Source of the DNA: Caulobacteraceae bacterium
GTDB lineage: Bacteria > Pseudomonadota > Alphaproteobacteria > Caulobacterales > Caulobacteraceae
Direction of reading: 5' to 3'
NCBI GenBank assembly: GCA_025450315.1
Contig: JANWHQ010000159.1
Span: forward strand, 8,429 to 72,428
Length of the DNA: 64,000 bases
Shown: piece by piece, positions 10,835 to 20,128 of the stretch
Position numbering within the stretch: the first letter of the stretch is position 1
Layout of the letters: every line of letters begins with the position of its first letter
Notes under the pieces: generated by a model
What the model was told of the DNA's origin: nothing
The model's input: the letters and a program-made list of their open reading frames with translations, nothing else
Databases searched by the model: none
Made by a program: the position numbers and the translations under genes

Positions 10835-12697
10835 TCAGCTCTTCACCTTCACATAGCTGCCGGGGGCGTCCTCGATCGGCTTCAGCTTGCCCTTGGCGGG
10901 GTCGCGGGCGGGGACCTTGCCGCCGGATTTCTCGCTCAGCCACTTGGCCCAGTCCGGCCACCAGGAGCCGGGGTGCTCGACGGCGCCCGACTGCCATTCG
11001 CCGAGCGTCGGCGGCAGCTCGGGGTTGGTCCAGTACTGGTACTTCTTGGCGGCCGGGTGGTTGATCACCCCGGCGATGTGGCCGGAGCCGGCCATGATGA
11101 AGGTCTTGGGGCCGCCGAACAGCTTCACGCCCTTGTAGACCGAGACCGCCGGGGCGATGTGGTCTTCCTTGGACGACTGGGCGTAGATCGGGGTCTTCAC
11201 CTTCGACAGGTCCAGCGTCTCGCCGCCCAGGACCATCTTGCCCTGGGCCAGCATGTTCTTCTGGTAGAATTCGCGCAGGTAGTAGAGGTGCAGCGCCCGC
11301 GGCATGCGGGTCTGGTCCGAGTTCCAGTAGAGCAGGTCGAAGGCCTTGGGGTCCTTGCCCATCAGGTAGTTGTTCACGAAGAACGACCAGATCAGGTCGT
11401 TGGCCCTCAGCGCGTTGAAGGTGCCGGCCATGGACGAGCCGGGCAGCACCCCGCCCGAGCGCTCCATCGACACCTCGACCACCCTGAGCCAGTCCTCCTC
11501 GGTGAACATCTTCAGGTCGCCGGATTCGGAGAAGTCCTGCTGGGCCGCGAAGAAGGTGGTCGAGGCCACCCGTTCGTCGCCCTTGGCCGCCATGTGGGCC
11601 AGGGTGCAGGACATCATGGTGCCGGCGATGCAGTAGCCGACGGCGTTCAGCCGGTCGGTCCCGGCCTGCTCCAGCGCCTTTTCGATGGCGAGGTAGGTCC
11701 CTTCGAGCATGTAGTCCTCGAAGGTCTTGTGGGCGAGCTTGGGCTCGGGATTGACCCAGGACACAAGGAAGACGGTGAAGCCCTGCTCGGTCAGCCAGCG
11801 GACCATCGAATTCTCGGCCCTGAGGTCGAGGATGTAGTACTTGTTGATCCACGGCGGGAAGATCAGCAGCGGCCGCTCGTAGACTTCCTCGGTAGTCGGG
11901 TTGAACTGCAGCAGCTGGAACAGCTCGCCCTCGAACACCACCTTGCCGGGGGTGACGGCGACGTTGCGGCCCACCTCGAACTGCGAGGAATCGGTCTGGC
12001 TGATGGCCAGCTGGCCGCCGCCGCGGCCCAGGTCGGCGGCGAAGTTCTCCATGCCCCGCACCAGGCTCTCGCCCTTGGTGCGCAGCGCCTCGTTCAGCGC
12101 AGCGGGGTTGGACATCAGGAAGTTCGATGGCGAGAAGGCGTCGGTCAGCATCTTGGTGAAGAACTCGACGCGGCGGTTCTCTTCGGCGTCGCCGCCGTCG
12201 GCCGCCGCCACCAGGCTGTTCAGCCAGTTGGCCGACAGCAGATAGGACTGCTTGATCGCATCGAAGACCGGGTTCTCGCTCCAGGCCGGATCGGAGAAGC
12301 GACGGTCGCCGCGCTCGGGCTGGATCGCCGGTTCGACCGTCTCGCCAGCCATGCGCCGGGCGGTGGACTGCCAGAGGTTCATGTAGCCCGAGAACAGCTC
12401 GGCCTGGGCCTTCAGCACCTTGTCGGGCTGGGACGCCAGGCGGGTCATCATGCCGGTCATCGAGGGGCCCACCCGGAACGGATCGTTGGGCATGGACGAG
12501 GGCTGGTCGGCCTGCCGCATCACCGCTTCGGTGAAGGCGCCCTGGGCGATCATGGCCGCGCGGGCCAGGTTGGTGGACAGCTCCTGGAACGCCTTCATGG
12601 CGTCGGCGGTCATCTGGCCGGAAGAGGCTTCGCCCGTTTCGGAGGCCGCCGCCTTGGGGTCGGCCTCGGGCTTGGAAGCGCTCTTCACGTCAGCCAT
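10835..12697 (-). CDS. phaC: class I poly(R)-hydroxyalkanoate synthase
   Basis: 620-aa ORF with the PhaC lipase-box-like GYCIAG. Conserved blocks include PLLIFPPWINKYYILDL and NSDQTRMP. Confidence 0.9.
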   Translation of the reverse strand: MADVKSASKPEADPKAAASETGEASSGQMTADAMKAFQELSTNLARAAMIAQGAFTEAVMRQADQPSSMPNDPFRVGPSMTGMMTRLASQPDKVLKAQAELFSGYMNLWQSTARRMAGETVEPAIQPERGDRRFSDPAWSENPVFDAIKQSYLLSANWLNSLVAAADGGDAEENRRVEFFTKMLTDAFSPSNFLMSNPAALNEALRTKGESLVRGMENFAADLGRGGGQLAISQTDSSQFEVGRNVAVTPGKVVFEGELFQLLQFNPTTEEVYERPLLIFPPWINKYYILDLRAENSMVRWLTEQGFTVFLVSWVNPEPKLAHKTFEDYMLEGTYLAIEKALEQAGTDRLNAVGYCIAGTMMSCTLAHMAAKGDERVASTTFFAAQQDFSESGDLKMFTEEDWLRVVEVSMERSGGVLPGSSMAGTFNALRANDLIWSFFVNNYLMGKDPKAFDLLYWNSDQTRMPRALHLYYLREFYQKNMLAQGKMVLGGETLDLSKVKTPIYAQSSKEDHIAPAVSVYKGVKLFGGPKTFIMAGSGHIAGVINHPAAKKYQYWTNPELPPTLGEWQSGAVEHPGSWWPDWAKWLSEKSGGKVPARDPAKGKLKPIEDAPGSYVKVKS

Positions 12698-12830
12698 GAC
12701 GAATCCTTTTCGCAGTGCACACTAAGACGACGCGCCTTTCTTAAGGCCCGATCATCGCATAAGACCAGTTGGGTTCTGAACCTGGGGCCGTCAATTGGCG
12801 CAGAAATCAACAGGTTTGACCGTTTGTCGC

Positions 12831-13277
12831 ATGGGGCGCGCCGCCGTGCTCTTCGGCGCTGCGGCAAGCCTGGCCGGCTGCTCGGTTCCGTCCCAGATCG
12901 CCGGCTTCAAGAGCCCGGCCATGGATCCCAGCTCGCCCGTCTATCAGGACGTCATGTCCGCGACGCGACACCCCGGGCCCTATCCGCAGTTCTCCGACAT
13001 CCCCAAGATCCCCACCGACATCCGCCCGGTCTCGGCCTGGGCCCAGGCCGTGGCCTCGATCAAGCACGACAAGGCCGGCCTCGACGCGTCCGTGGCCGCC
13101 CTGCCGGCGCCGCCGGCCGACACCCAGGCCTTCGCGGCCAACGCCCGAAGCGCGGCCCGGCCGCCGGCGGCGGCGGACGCCGCCCCGCCCAATACCCCGG
13201 ACCAGGCCCAGGCCTACGCACAGTCCCTGCGTCAGCGAGCTACCCCGCCTCCGAAGCGCAAAGCGCACAAGCGCTGA
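12831..13277 (+). CDS. hypothetical lipoprotein
   Basis: ATG at 12831 gives MGRAAVLFGAAASLAGCS (lipobox LAGC). The remainder is Pro/Ala-rich and I recognise no family. Confidence 0.5.
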   Translation: MGRAAVLFGAAASLAGCSVPSQIAGFKSPAMDPSSPVYQDVMSATRHPGPYPQFSDIPKIPTDIRPVSAWAQAVASIKHDKAGLDASVAALPAPPADTQAFAANARSAARPPAAADAAPPNTPDQAQAYAQSLRQRATPPPKRKAHKR

Positions 13278-13377
13278 GGCCTCGGGGGCGAAATCGAAGC
13301 TCGCTCATGCGCTTGGCTCCGACACGGCCGGAGTCTATCCAGGCGCCCAGGGACCGTCCGGCCAGGCACTTTTCGTC

Positions 13378-14595
13378 ATGAACAACGACTTCCACCGCAT
13401 CCAGCGGCTGCCGCCTTACATTTTCGAGGAGGTCAACCGCATCAAGGCCAAGCTGCGCGGCCAGGGCGTGGACATCATCGACTTCGGCATGGGCAACCCC
13501 GACATGCCCACGCCCCAGCACATCGTCGACAAGCTGTGCGAGACCGCGCGCAAGCCCAAGGCGCACCGCTATTCGGCCTCCAAGGGCATCCCGGGCCTGC
13601 GCAAGGCCATGGCCGGCTACTACGGCCGCCGCTTCGGGGTGAAGCTGAACCCCGACACCGAGGTGATCGCCACCCTGGGCTCCAAGGAGGGCTTCGCCAA
13701 CCTGGCCCAGGCCATCACCGGGCCCGGCGACGTGGTGATCTGTCCCAACCCCGCATATCCGATCCACGCCTACGGCTTCATCATGGCCGGCGGCGCCATC
13801 CAGCACGTGCCGGCGCTGAGCCCCGAGCAGTACCTGTCCGGCATCAGCCAGGCGGTGGCCGGCCTCACCCCGCCGCCGATCGCGGTGATCGTCAGCTACC
13901 CGTCCAACCCGACCGCCCAGTGGGTCGACCTCGATTTCTACAAGGAGGTCATCGCCCTGGCGAAGAGGCACGAGCTTCTGGTGCTGTCGGACGTCGCCTA
14001 TTCGGAGATCTACTTCGAGGACAATCCGCCGCCCTCGATCCTGCAGGTCGAGGGGGCCAAGGACATCGCCGTCGAGGTCAATTCCCTGTCCAAGACCTAC
14101 GCCATGCCCGGCTGGCGGGTTGGCATGGTGGTGGGCAACGAGCGGATGTGCGCCGCCCTGGCGCGGGTGAAGTCCTATCTCGACTACGGCGCCTTCACCC
14201 CGGTGCAGGTGGCCGCGGCCGCGGCCTTGAACGGGCCGCAGGACTGCGTCGAGGAGATCCGCCAGACCTACAAGTCCCGCCGCGACGTGCTGGTGGAATC
14301 CATGGCCCGGGCCGGCTGGGACATTCCCTCGCCGCCGGCCTCGATGTTCGCCTGGGCGCCCGTGCCCGAGCCCTTCCGCGAGGCCGGCTCGATGCTGTTC
14401 TCCAAGCTCCTGATCGAGCACGCCGAGGTGGCCGTGTCGCCGGGTGTGGGCTTCGGCGAGCATGGCGAGGGCTTCGTCCGCATCGGCCTGGTCGAGAACG
14501 AGCACCGGATCCGCCAGGCCGCGCGCAACGTGCGCAAGTTCCTGCAGAACTCGGACGAGATCCTTCGTGGCGAGCCTGCGCTCGCGGCCCAATAG
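13378..14595 (+). CDS. PLP-dependent class I/II aminotransferase (AlaC/LL-DAP-aminotransferase-like)
   Basis: 405-aa ORF with FHRIQRLPPYIFEEVN, DFGMGNPD and SLSKTYAMPGWRVG (PLP-Lys motif). Confidence 0.9.
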   Translation: MNNDFHRIQRLPPYIFEEVNRIKAKLRGQGVDIIDFGMGNPDMPTPQHIVDKLCETARKPKAHRYSASKGIPGLRKAMAGYYGRRFGVKLNPDTEVIATLGSKEGFANLAQAITGPGDVVICPNPAYPIHAYGFIMAGGAIQHVPALSPEQYLSGISQAVAGLTPPPIAVIVSYPSNPTAQWVDLDFYKEVIALAKRHELLVLSDVAYSEIYFEDNPPPSILQVEGAKDIAVEVNSLSKTYAMPGWRVGMVVGNERMCAALARVKSYLDYGAFTPVQVAAAAALNGPQDCVEEIRQTYKSRRDVLVESMARAGWDIPSPPASMFAWAPVPEPFREAGSMLFSKLLIEHAEVAVSPGVGFGEHGEGFVRIGLVENEHRIRQAARNVRKFLQNSDEILRGEPALAAQ

Positions 14596-14604
14596 GAGCA
14601 TCGC

Positions 14605-15894
14605 ATGGTGCGACGGACGTGGCGGCTGGGGGTCGCGGGGCTCGGCACCGTGGGAGCGGGGCTGCTGGACTTCCTGGCCGGAAATCCGGACTTCGCGCCG
14701 GCGGGCGACCGGGCCGAGATCGCCGGCGTCTCCGCCCGCTCGCGGTCTCGCCCGCGGCCGGTGGACATCTCCCACCTGCGCTGGTTCGACGATCCGGTGG
14801 CCATGGCCACGTCGGACGACGTCGATGTGCTGGTCGAGCTGATCGGCGGCTCGGACGGCACGGCCAAGGCCGCGGTCGAGGCGGCCCTGCGCGCCAAAAA
14901 GCCCGTGGTCACCGCCAACAAGGCGCTGATCGCCGAGCACGGCCGCGAGCTGGCCGCCATCGCCGAAGCCAGCGAGGTTCCGTTGCTGTTCGAGGCGGCG
15001 GTGATGGGCGGCACGCCGGCGGTGAAGATGCTGCGCGAGGCCATGGTGGGCGACGAGGTCTCGGCGGTGGCCGGCATCCTCAACGGCACCTGCAACTTCA
15101 TCCTGAGCGAGATGGACGCCACCGGCCGGCCGTTCGCCGAGGTGCTGGCCGAGGCCCAGCGGCGCGGCTACGCCGAGGCCGATCCGACCATGGACGTCGG
15201 CGGCTTCGACGCCGGCCACAAGGCGACCATCCTGGCGGCCCTGGCCTTCGGCTGCGCGCCCTGCTTCGAGGCCGCCGAGATCGAGGGCGTGCAGGCCGTC
15301 GACCAGCTCGACATCCGCCTGGCCCGCGAACTGGGCTACAGGATCAAGCTGGTGGCCGCCGCCCTGCGCGAGGCGGACGGAATCTCGGTGCGGGTCTATC
15401 CGGCCCTGGCCAGGCTGGACCATCCGCTGGCCCAGACCTCCGGGGCGCTGAACGCCCTGTTCATCCAGGGCAAGCGCATCGGCCGCATCTTCATCCAGGG
15501 CCCGGGCGCGGGCGCGGGCCCCACCGCCGCGGCCGTGGCCGCCGACATCTCCGACGTGATGACCGGCCAGCACCGCCCGGTGTTCCAGAAGCCCGCGGGC
15601 GAGCTCAAGCCCTTCACCCGCATCGACGCCAGCCGCCACGCCAGCCGAGCCTACATCCGCCTGCTGGTGCGCGACCAGCCGGGCGTGATCGCCGCGGTCT
15701 CCGAGACCCTGGCCGAGTGCGGCGTCTCCATCGACAGCTTCCTGCAGAAGCCCGTGGAGGACGCCGGCGGCGTGCCGATCGTGCTGACCACCCACCTGGC
15801 GCCGGAGTCGGTGCTGCGCGACGCCATGGACCGCATGGCGCGGCTTGACGCGGTGGTGGCCGAGCCGCGCATGCTGCGCATCGCCCCGATCTGA
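14605..15894 (+). CDS. hom: homoserine dehydrogenase
   Basis: 429-aa ORF with an N-terminal NAD-binding motif GVAGLGTVG. It also has TANKALIA, ILNGTCNFIL and a C-terminal ACT-like region. Confidence 0.92.
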   Translation: MVRRTWRLGVAGLGTVGAGLLDFLAGNPDFAPAGDRAEIAGVSARSRSRPRPVDISHLRWFDDPVAMATSDDVDVLVELIGGSDGTAKAAVEAALRAKKPVVTANKALIAEHGRELAAIAEASEVPLLFEAAVMGGTPAVKMLREAMVGDEVSAVAGILNGTCNFILSEMDATGRPFAEVLAEAQRRGYAEADPTMDVGGFDAGHKATILAALAFGCAPCFEAAEIEGVQAVDQLDIRLARELGYRIKLVAAALREADGISVRVYPALARLDHPLAQTSGALNALFIQGKRIGRIFIQGPGAGAGPTAAAVAADISDVMTGQHRPVFQKPAGELKPFTRIDASRHASRAYIRLLVRDQPGVIAAVSETLAECGVSIDSFLQKPVEDAGGVPIVLTTHLAPESVLRDAMDRMARLDAVVAEPRMLRIAPI

Positions 15895-15930
15895 GAATCC
15901 CGCGATAAGGGGGCTCCAGGAGACGCGCAG

Positions 15931-16884
15931 ATGAGTTCTAGGGAGTGGGACCGAACCCTGGTCCTCGACGCCGTCTGGGCGACGGAGGCCGCCGCGGTCG
16001 CGGCCTGGAAGCTGGTCGGGCGCGGCGACGAGAAGGCCGCCGACCAGGCCGCGGTCGACGCCATGCGCACCGCCCTCAACAACCTCAACATCGACGGCCG
16101 GGTGGTGATCGGAGAGGGCGAGCGCGACGAGGCGCCCATGCTCTACATCGGCGAGAAGGTGGGCCGGGGCAAGGGCATCGAGATCGACATCGCGCTGGAT
16201 CCCCTGGAGGGCACCACCCTCACCGCCAAGGCCATGGACAACGCCCTGGCGGTGATGGCCTGGGCCCCGCGCGGGACCATGCTGCACGCGCCCGACACCT
16301 ACATGGACAAGATCGCCATCGGCCCGGGGTATCCCAAGGGCGTGGTGGACCTGAACGCCTCGCCCGCCGACAACATCAAGGCCCTGGCCAAGGCCAAGGG
16401 GGTCGATCCCTCCCACATCACCGCCTGCGTGCTGGATCGGCCGCGCCACGGCGAGATCATCTCCAGCCTGCGCGAGGTCGGCGCGCGCGTGCGGCTGATC
16501 ACCGACGGCGACGTGGCGGGCGTGATCCACACCGCCGATCCCGACACCGGCATCGACATCTACCTGGGCTCGGGCGGCGCGCCCGAGGGCGTCCTGGCCT
16601 GCGCGGCGCTGAAATGCGTCGGGGGCCAGTTCCAGGGCCGGCTCGTGTTCCGCAACGCCGACGAGCGGGTCAGGGCCCAGCGCATCGGCCTCACCGACTT
16701 CGAGAAGACCTACGACCTGCACGAGCTGGTGCAGGGCCCAGCCATCTTCGCCGCCACCGGGGTCACCAAGGGCGCCCTGCTGGACGGGGTGAAGCTGGAG
16801 CGCGGCATCGTGCACACCCATTCGCTGGTGATGGATTCCGCCAACGGCTTCGTGCGCCAGATCCGCATGAAGAGGCCCCTCTGA
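15931..16884 (+). CDS. glpX: class II fructose-1,6-bisphosphatase
   Basis: 317-aa ORF with GRGDEKAADQAAVDAMR, EGERDEAPMLYIGE and DPLEGTT motifs. Confidence 0.92.
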   Translation: MSSREWDRTLVLDAVWATEAAAVAAWKLVGRGDEKAADQAAVDAMRTALNNLNIDGRVVIGEGERDEAPMLYIGEKVGRGKGIEIDIALDPLEGTTLTAKAMDNALAVMAWAPRGTMLHAPDTYMDKIAIGPGYPKGVVDLNASPADNIKALAKAKGVDPSHITACVLDRPRHGEIISSLREVGARVRLITDGDVAGVIHTADPDTGIDIYLGSGGAPEGVLACAALKCVGGQFQGRLVFRNADERVRAQRIGLTDFEKTYDLHELVQGPAIFAATGVTKGALLDGVKLERGIVHTHSLVMDSANGFVRQIRMKRPL

Positions 16885-18683
16885 TGGCCGACGGCGGACA
16901 GATGTCTGGCTTCCTGGGCGTCGCGCGTTCGCTCTCGGGCAGGCTGTGGACCCAGCGGCCGGCCGATCCGGAGGCGGTGCGCCAGCACCAGCTGCGGCTT
17001 GGCCTCTCCGAGCCCCTGGCCCGGGCGCTGGCGGCGCGGCGGATCGGCCCGGAGGGCGCCGAGGCCTATCTGAGCCCCACCCTGAAGGCGCAGTTTCCCG
17101 ACCCGTCGTCCTTCCTGGACATGGACCGGGCCGCCGAGATCCTGGTGGACGCGCTGCAAGGCGGCCGGCCTGCCGCGGTCTTCGCCGACTACGACGTCGA
17201 CGGGGCCTCCAGCGCCGCCCTGCTGGTGCGCTGGTTCCGGGCCATGGGCGCGGAGCTGCCGATCTACGTTCCCGACCGCCTGACCGAGGGCTATGGCCCC
17301 AGCGCCATCGCCTTCGAGCGGCTGAAGGCGCAGGGGACGGAGCTGGTGGTCACAGTCGACTGCGGCGCGGCGGCGCACGAAGCGATCGCGGCGGCGACCG
17401 AGCTGGGCCTGGACGTGGTGGTCATCGACCATCACCTGATGCGCGGAGAGGCGCCGGCGGCGGCCGCCTTGGTCAATCCGAACCGGCCGGGCTGCAACTC
17501 CGGCCAGGGGATGCTGGCCGCCGCGGGGGTGTCGTTCGTGCTGCTGGCGGCCCTGAACCGCGAGGCGCGGCGGCGCGGCCTGTTCGCCCAGCGCGGCGAG
17601 CCGGACCTGCGCCAATGGCTCGACCTCGCCGCCCTCGGCGCCGTCTGCGACGTGACCCAGCTGGTGGGCTTCAACCGCGCCCTGGCCGCCCAGGGCCTGA
17701 AGGTGATGTCCGGCTGGGCCAATCCAGGGCTCAAGGCGCTGCTGGAGGTTTCGGGCTCCAAGCCCTCGCCCGCCACGGTGTTCCACGCGGGCTTCATCCT
17801 GGGACCCCGGATCAACGCCGGCGGCCGCATCGGCCGGGCGGACCTGGGCGCGCGGCTGCTGTCCACCGACGACCCCGCCGAGGCCCTGGCCCTGGCCGAG
17901 GAGCTGGACGCGCTGAACGCCTCGCGCAAGGAGGTCGAGCGCCAGGTGCTGGACGAGGCCGTCGAGGCCATCGAGGCCTCCGGCCAGGCCTCGGCGCCGG
18001 TGCTGGTCGCCGCCCGCGAGGGCTGGCATCCGGGCGTGGTCGGCATCGTCGCGGGGCGCCTGCGCGAGCGCTACCGGCGGCCGGCCATCGTCATCGGCAT
18101 CGACCCCGTCGCCCGCGTCGGCAAGGGTTCGGGCCGGTCGCAGCCGGGCGTCGACCTCGGCCGGGGAATCCTCGCGGCCTTCGAGCAGGGCCTGCTGCTG
18201 GCCGGCGGCGGCCACGCCATGGCCGCGGGTCTGACCGTGCGCGCCGACAGCGTCGAGCAGCTGCGGGCCTTCCTCTGCGATCGGCTGGAGGCCGACTCCG
18301 TCCTGGCCGCGGCGGCCGATGCGGTGGAGATCGACGCCCTGATCGCGCCGGGCGGCGCGGACCGGCGCCTGTTCGAGGACTTCCAGCGCCTGGCGCCGTT
18401 CGGCCCCGGCAACCCCGAGCCGATGTTCGCCCTGGGCGAGGTGCTGGTCGAGCAGCCCATGGCCATGCGCGGCGGCCACATCCGCTGCACCCTTTCGGAC
18501 GGCCGCGGGGCGCGCCTGAGGGCGATCGCCTGGCGGGCGAGCGACACCGACCTCGGCCGCCGGCTGATGTCGGGGCAGGGGGGCCTGCACGTCGCCGGTC
18601 GTCTCAAGGCGGACGATTACAACGGCCGCCAAGGCGTCCAGCTCGAGATCGAGGACGCCGCCGACCCCAGAATGTGCGTCTAG
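16884..18683 (+). CDS. recJ: single-stranded-DNA-specific exonuclease RecJ
   Basis: The ATG at 16884 overlaps the glpX stop (TGATG). DHH motifs are present: FADYDVDGASS, TVDCG and VIDHH. Confidence 0.92.
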   Translation: MADGGQMSGFLGVARSLSGRLWTQRPADPEAVRQHQLRLGLSEPLARALAARRIGPEGAEAYLSPTLKAQFPDPSSFLDMDRAAEILVDALQGGRPAAVFADYDVDGASSAALLVRWFRAMGAELPIYVPDRLTEGYGPSAIAFERLKAQGTELVVTVDCGAAAHEAIAAATELGLDVVVIDHHLMRGEAPAAAALVNPNRPGCNSGQGMLAAAGVSFVLLAALNREARRRGLFAQRGEPDLRQWLDLAALGAVCDVTQLVGFNRALAAQGLKVMSGWANPGLKALLEVSGSKPSPATVFHAGFILGPRINAGGRIGRADLGARLLSTDDPAEALALAEELDALNASRKEVERQVLDEAVEAIEASGQASAPVLVAAREGWHPGVVGIVAGRLRERYRRPAIVIGIDPVARVGKGSGRSQPGVDLGRGILAAFEQGLLLAGGGHAMAAGLTVRADSVEQLRAFLCDRLEADSVLAAAADAVEIDALIAPGGADRRLFEDFQRLAPFGPGNPEPMFALGEVLVEQPMAMRGGHIRCTLSDGRGARLRAIAWRASDTDLGRRLMSGQGGLHVAGRLKADDYNGRQGVQLEIEDAADPRMCV

Positions 18684-18751
18684 AACGGGTTTGGCGGCCT
18701 CACCGCCTTGCGCGTCGGGGGCTCTGCGGATATATCGCCGCTTCCTCCGAG

Positions 18752-18826
18752 GGGCCCTTCGTCTATCGGTTAGGACATCAGATTTTCAATCTGGGAAGAG
18801 GGGTTCGACTCCCCTAGGGCCTGCCA
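18752..18826 (+). tRNA. tRNA-Glu (anticodon TTC)
   Basis: Hand-folded cloverleaf. Acceptor GGGCCCT/AGGGCCT, anticodon arm TCAGA-TTTTCAA-TCTGG, T arm AGGGG-TTCGACT-CCCCT, encoded CCA. Collinear with E. coli tRNA-Glu. Confidence 0.9.
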
Positions 18827-18965
18827 CTCCGTCGCGAAGCGACGCGCGTCCGCGACTCACCAGAGACGCGGCGGCAAAATCCGTAATTGACGCTCTCCTG
18901 ATACGAGAACATTGTTATAGTGGAGGCGTCCGCCATAAGGCTGTTCGGCGGACGAGAGGGGCGGG

Positions 18966-19604
18966 ATGTCAAGTTACGAACTCGAGGGGGAGGATCCGCA
19001 CGAGGAGACCGTGCGGATTTCAGGGCGTGTGAAGTGGTTCGATCCGGCCAAGGGCTACGGCTTCATTGTTCCGGACGATCCGGACCAGACCGATCTTCGC
19101 GACGTGCTGTTGCATGTCACCAGCCTGCGCCAATCCGGCCGCGAAACCGCGCTGGAAGGCTCTGTCATTGTCTGCGACGTGGTGCGCCGCCCCAAGGGCT
19201 GGCAGGTCACCGGCATCATCGAATACGACGAGTCCTCGGCCGCGCCGATGGAGCGCCCGCTCCGCCAGCACGACGGCGGCGGCTTCCGCCGCGAGCGCGA
19301 CCAGTTCGGCCACCGGGGCGACCGCGGCGGCCATTTCTCGCGTCAGGAAAGCTTCGAGCGCCGTCCGCCGCGCCGGCCGCTGTCGCCTTCCGGGCCGCTG
19401 GAGCGGGCCAAGGTCAAGTGGTTCAACCGCACCAAGGGCTATGGATTCGTGGTGCGCGACGCCGAGCCCGGCGACATCTTCATCCACATCGAGACCCTGC
19501 GTCGCAGCGGTCTGGAGGACCTGCAGCCCGGCGAGGACGTGATGGTGCGTTTCGCCGAAGGCCCCAAGGGCTTGGTGGTGGCCGAAATCGAGCCGCCGAC
19601 CTAG
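18966..19604 (+). CDS. cold-shock protein with two cold-shock domains
   Basis: 212-aa ORF with two CSD cores ([17 protein letters not shown] and [17 protein letters not shown]) joined by an R/G-rich linker. This architecture is known from Caulobacter CspC/CspD. Confidence 0.85.
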   Translation: MSSYELEGEDPHEETVRISGRVKWFDPAKGYGFIVPDDPDQTDLRDVLLHVTSLRQSGRETALEGSVIVCDVVRRPKGWQVTGIIEYDESSAAPMERPLRQHDGGGFRRERDQFGHRGDRGGHFSRQESFERRPPRRPLSPSGPLERAKVKWFNRTKGYGFVVRDAEPGDIFIHIETLRRSGLEDLQPGEDVMVRFAEGPKGLVVAEIEPPT

Positions 19605-19639
19605 ACTAGGGCGTCATCTCGGTTCGGGTCGCAGTCTCC

Positions 19640-20128
19640 ATGTATATTCCCATGCGTCGCCTGATCCTCGGCCTTGTGCTCGCGCTGGCCGCGGGTTGCA
19701 GTTCGCCCGGCCGCGGCGACGACTTGGCCCCGCAATCGGGCTTGCCCGTCGAGAACCTGCAGATCGTCACCCACGACGGTCGCGTCCACAACTTCAGGGT
19801 CGAGATCGCCGACAACGACGCCTCGCGCGAGCGGGGCCTGATGTTTCGCAAGTCGCTGGCGCCGGACGCGGGGATGCTGTTCGACTTCAAGACGCCGCAG
19901 GACGTGTCGTTCTGGATGAAGAACACCCTGATCCCGCTCGACATGGTGTTCATCGACGCGCACGGGGTGGTGCTGAACGTCGCCGCCAACGCCACGCCGC
20001 TGTCGGAGGCCAACATCCCCTCGGCCGGGCCGGTGCTGGGCGTGCTCGAGATCAAGGGCGGCCGCGCCGCGGAGATCGACATCGAGCCGGGCGACAAGGT
20101 CCGCGAGCGGATCTTCGGCGACCAGTAG
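19640..20128 (+). CDS. DUF192 domain-containing lipoprotein
   Basis: 162-aa ORF with lipobox LAAGC and a DUF192-like core (RERGLMFR, MLFDF, FWMKNTLIPLDMVFID). Confidence 0.8.
   Translation: MYIPMRRLILGLVLALAAGCSSPGRGDDLAPQSGLPVENLQIVTHDGRVHNFRVEIADNDASRERGLMFRKSLAPDAGMLFDFKTPQDVSFWMKNTLIPLDMVFIDAHGVVLNVAANATPLSEANIPSAGPVLGVLEIKGGRAAEIDIEPGDKVRERIFGDQ

Noticed and set aside
13240-16821. 1,193-aa ORF on the minus strand, plus similar very long ORFs such as 57052..59919 (-), 54706..56670 (-), 10973..13381 (+), 5116..7188 (-), 2556..4430 (+), 912..2318 (+), 34534..36660 (-) and 25886..27871 (-).
   Set aside because: These are antisense or off-frame relative to genes with unmistakable conserved protein signatures (aminotransferase/hom/glpX, tannases, amylosucrase, phaC, pyrG, cobT, lldD, permease, ALDH). 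Their translations are R/G/A/P-rich low complexity, which is classic shadow ORF behaviour in high-GC DNA.
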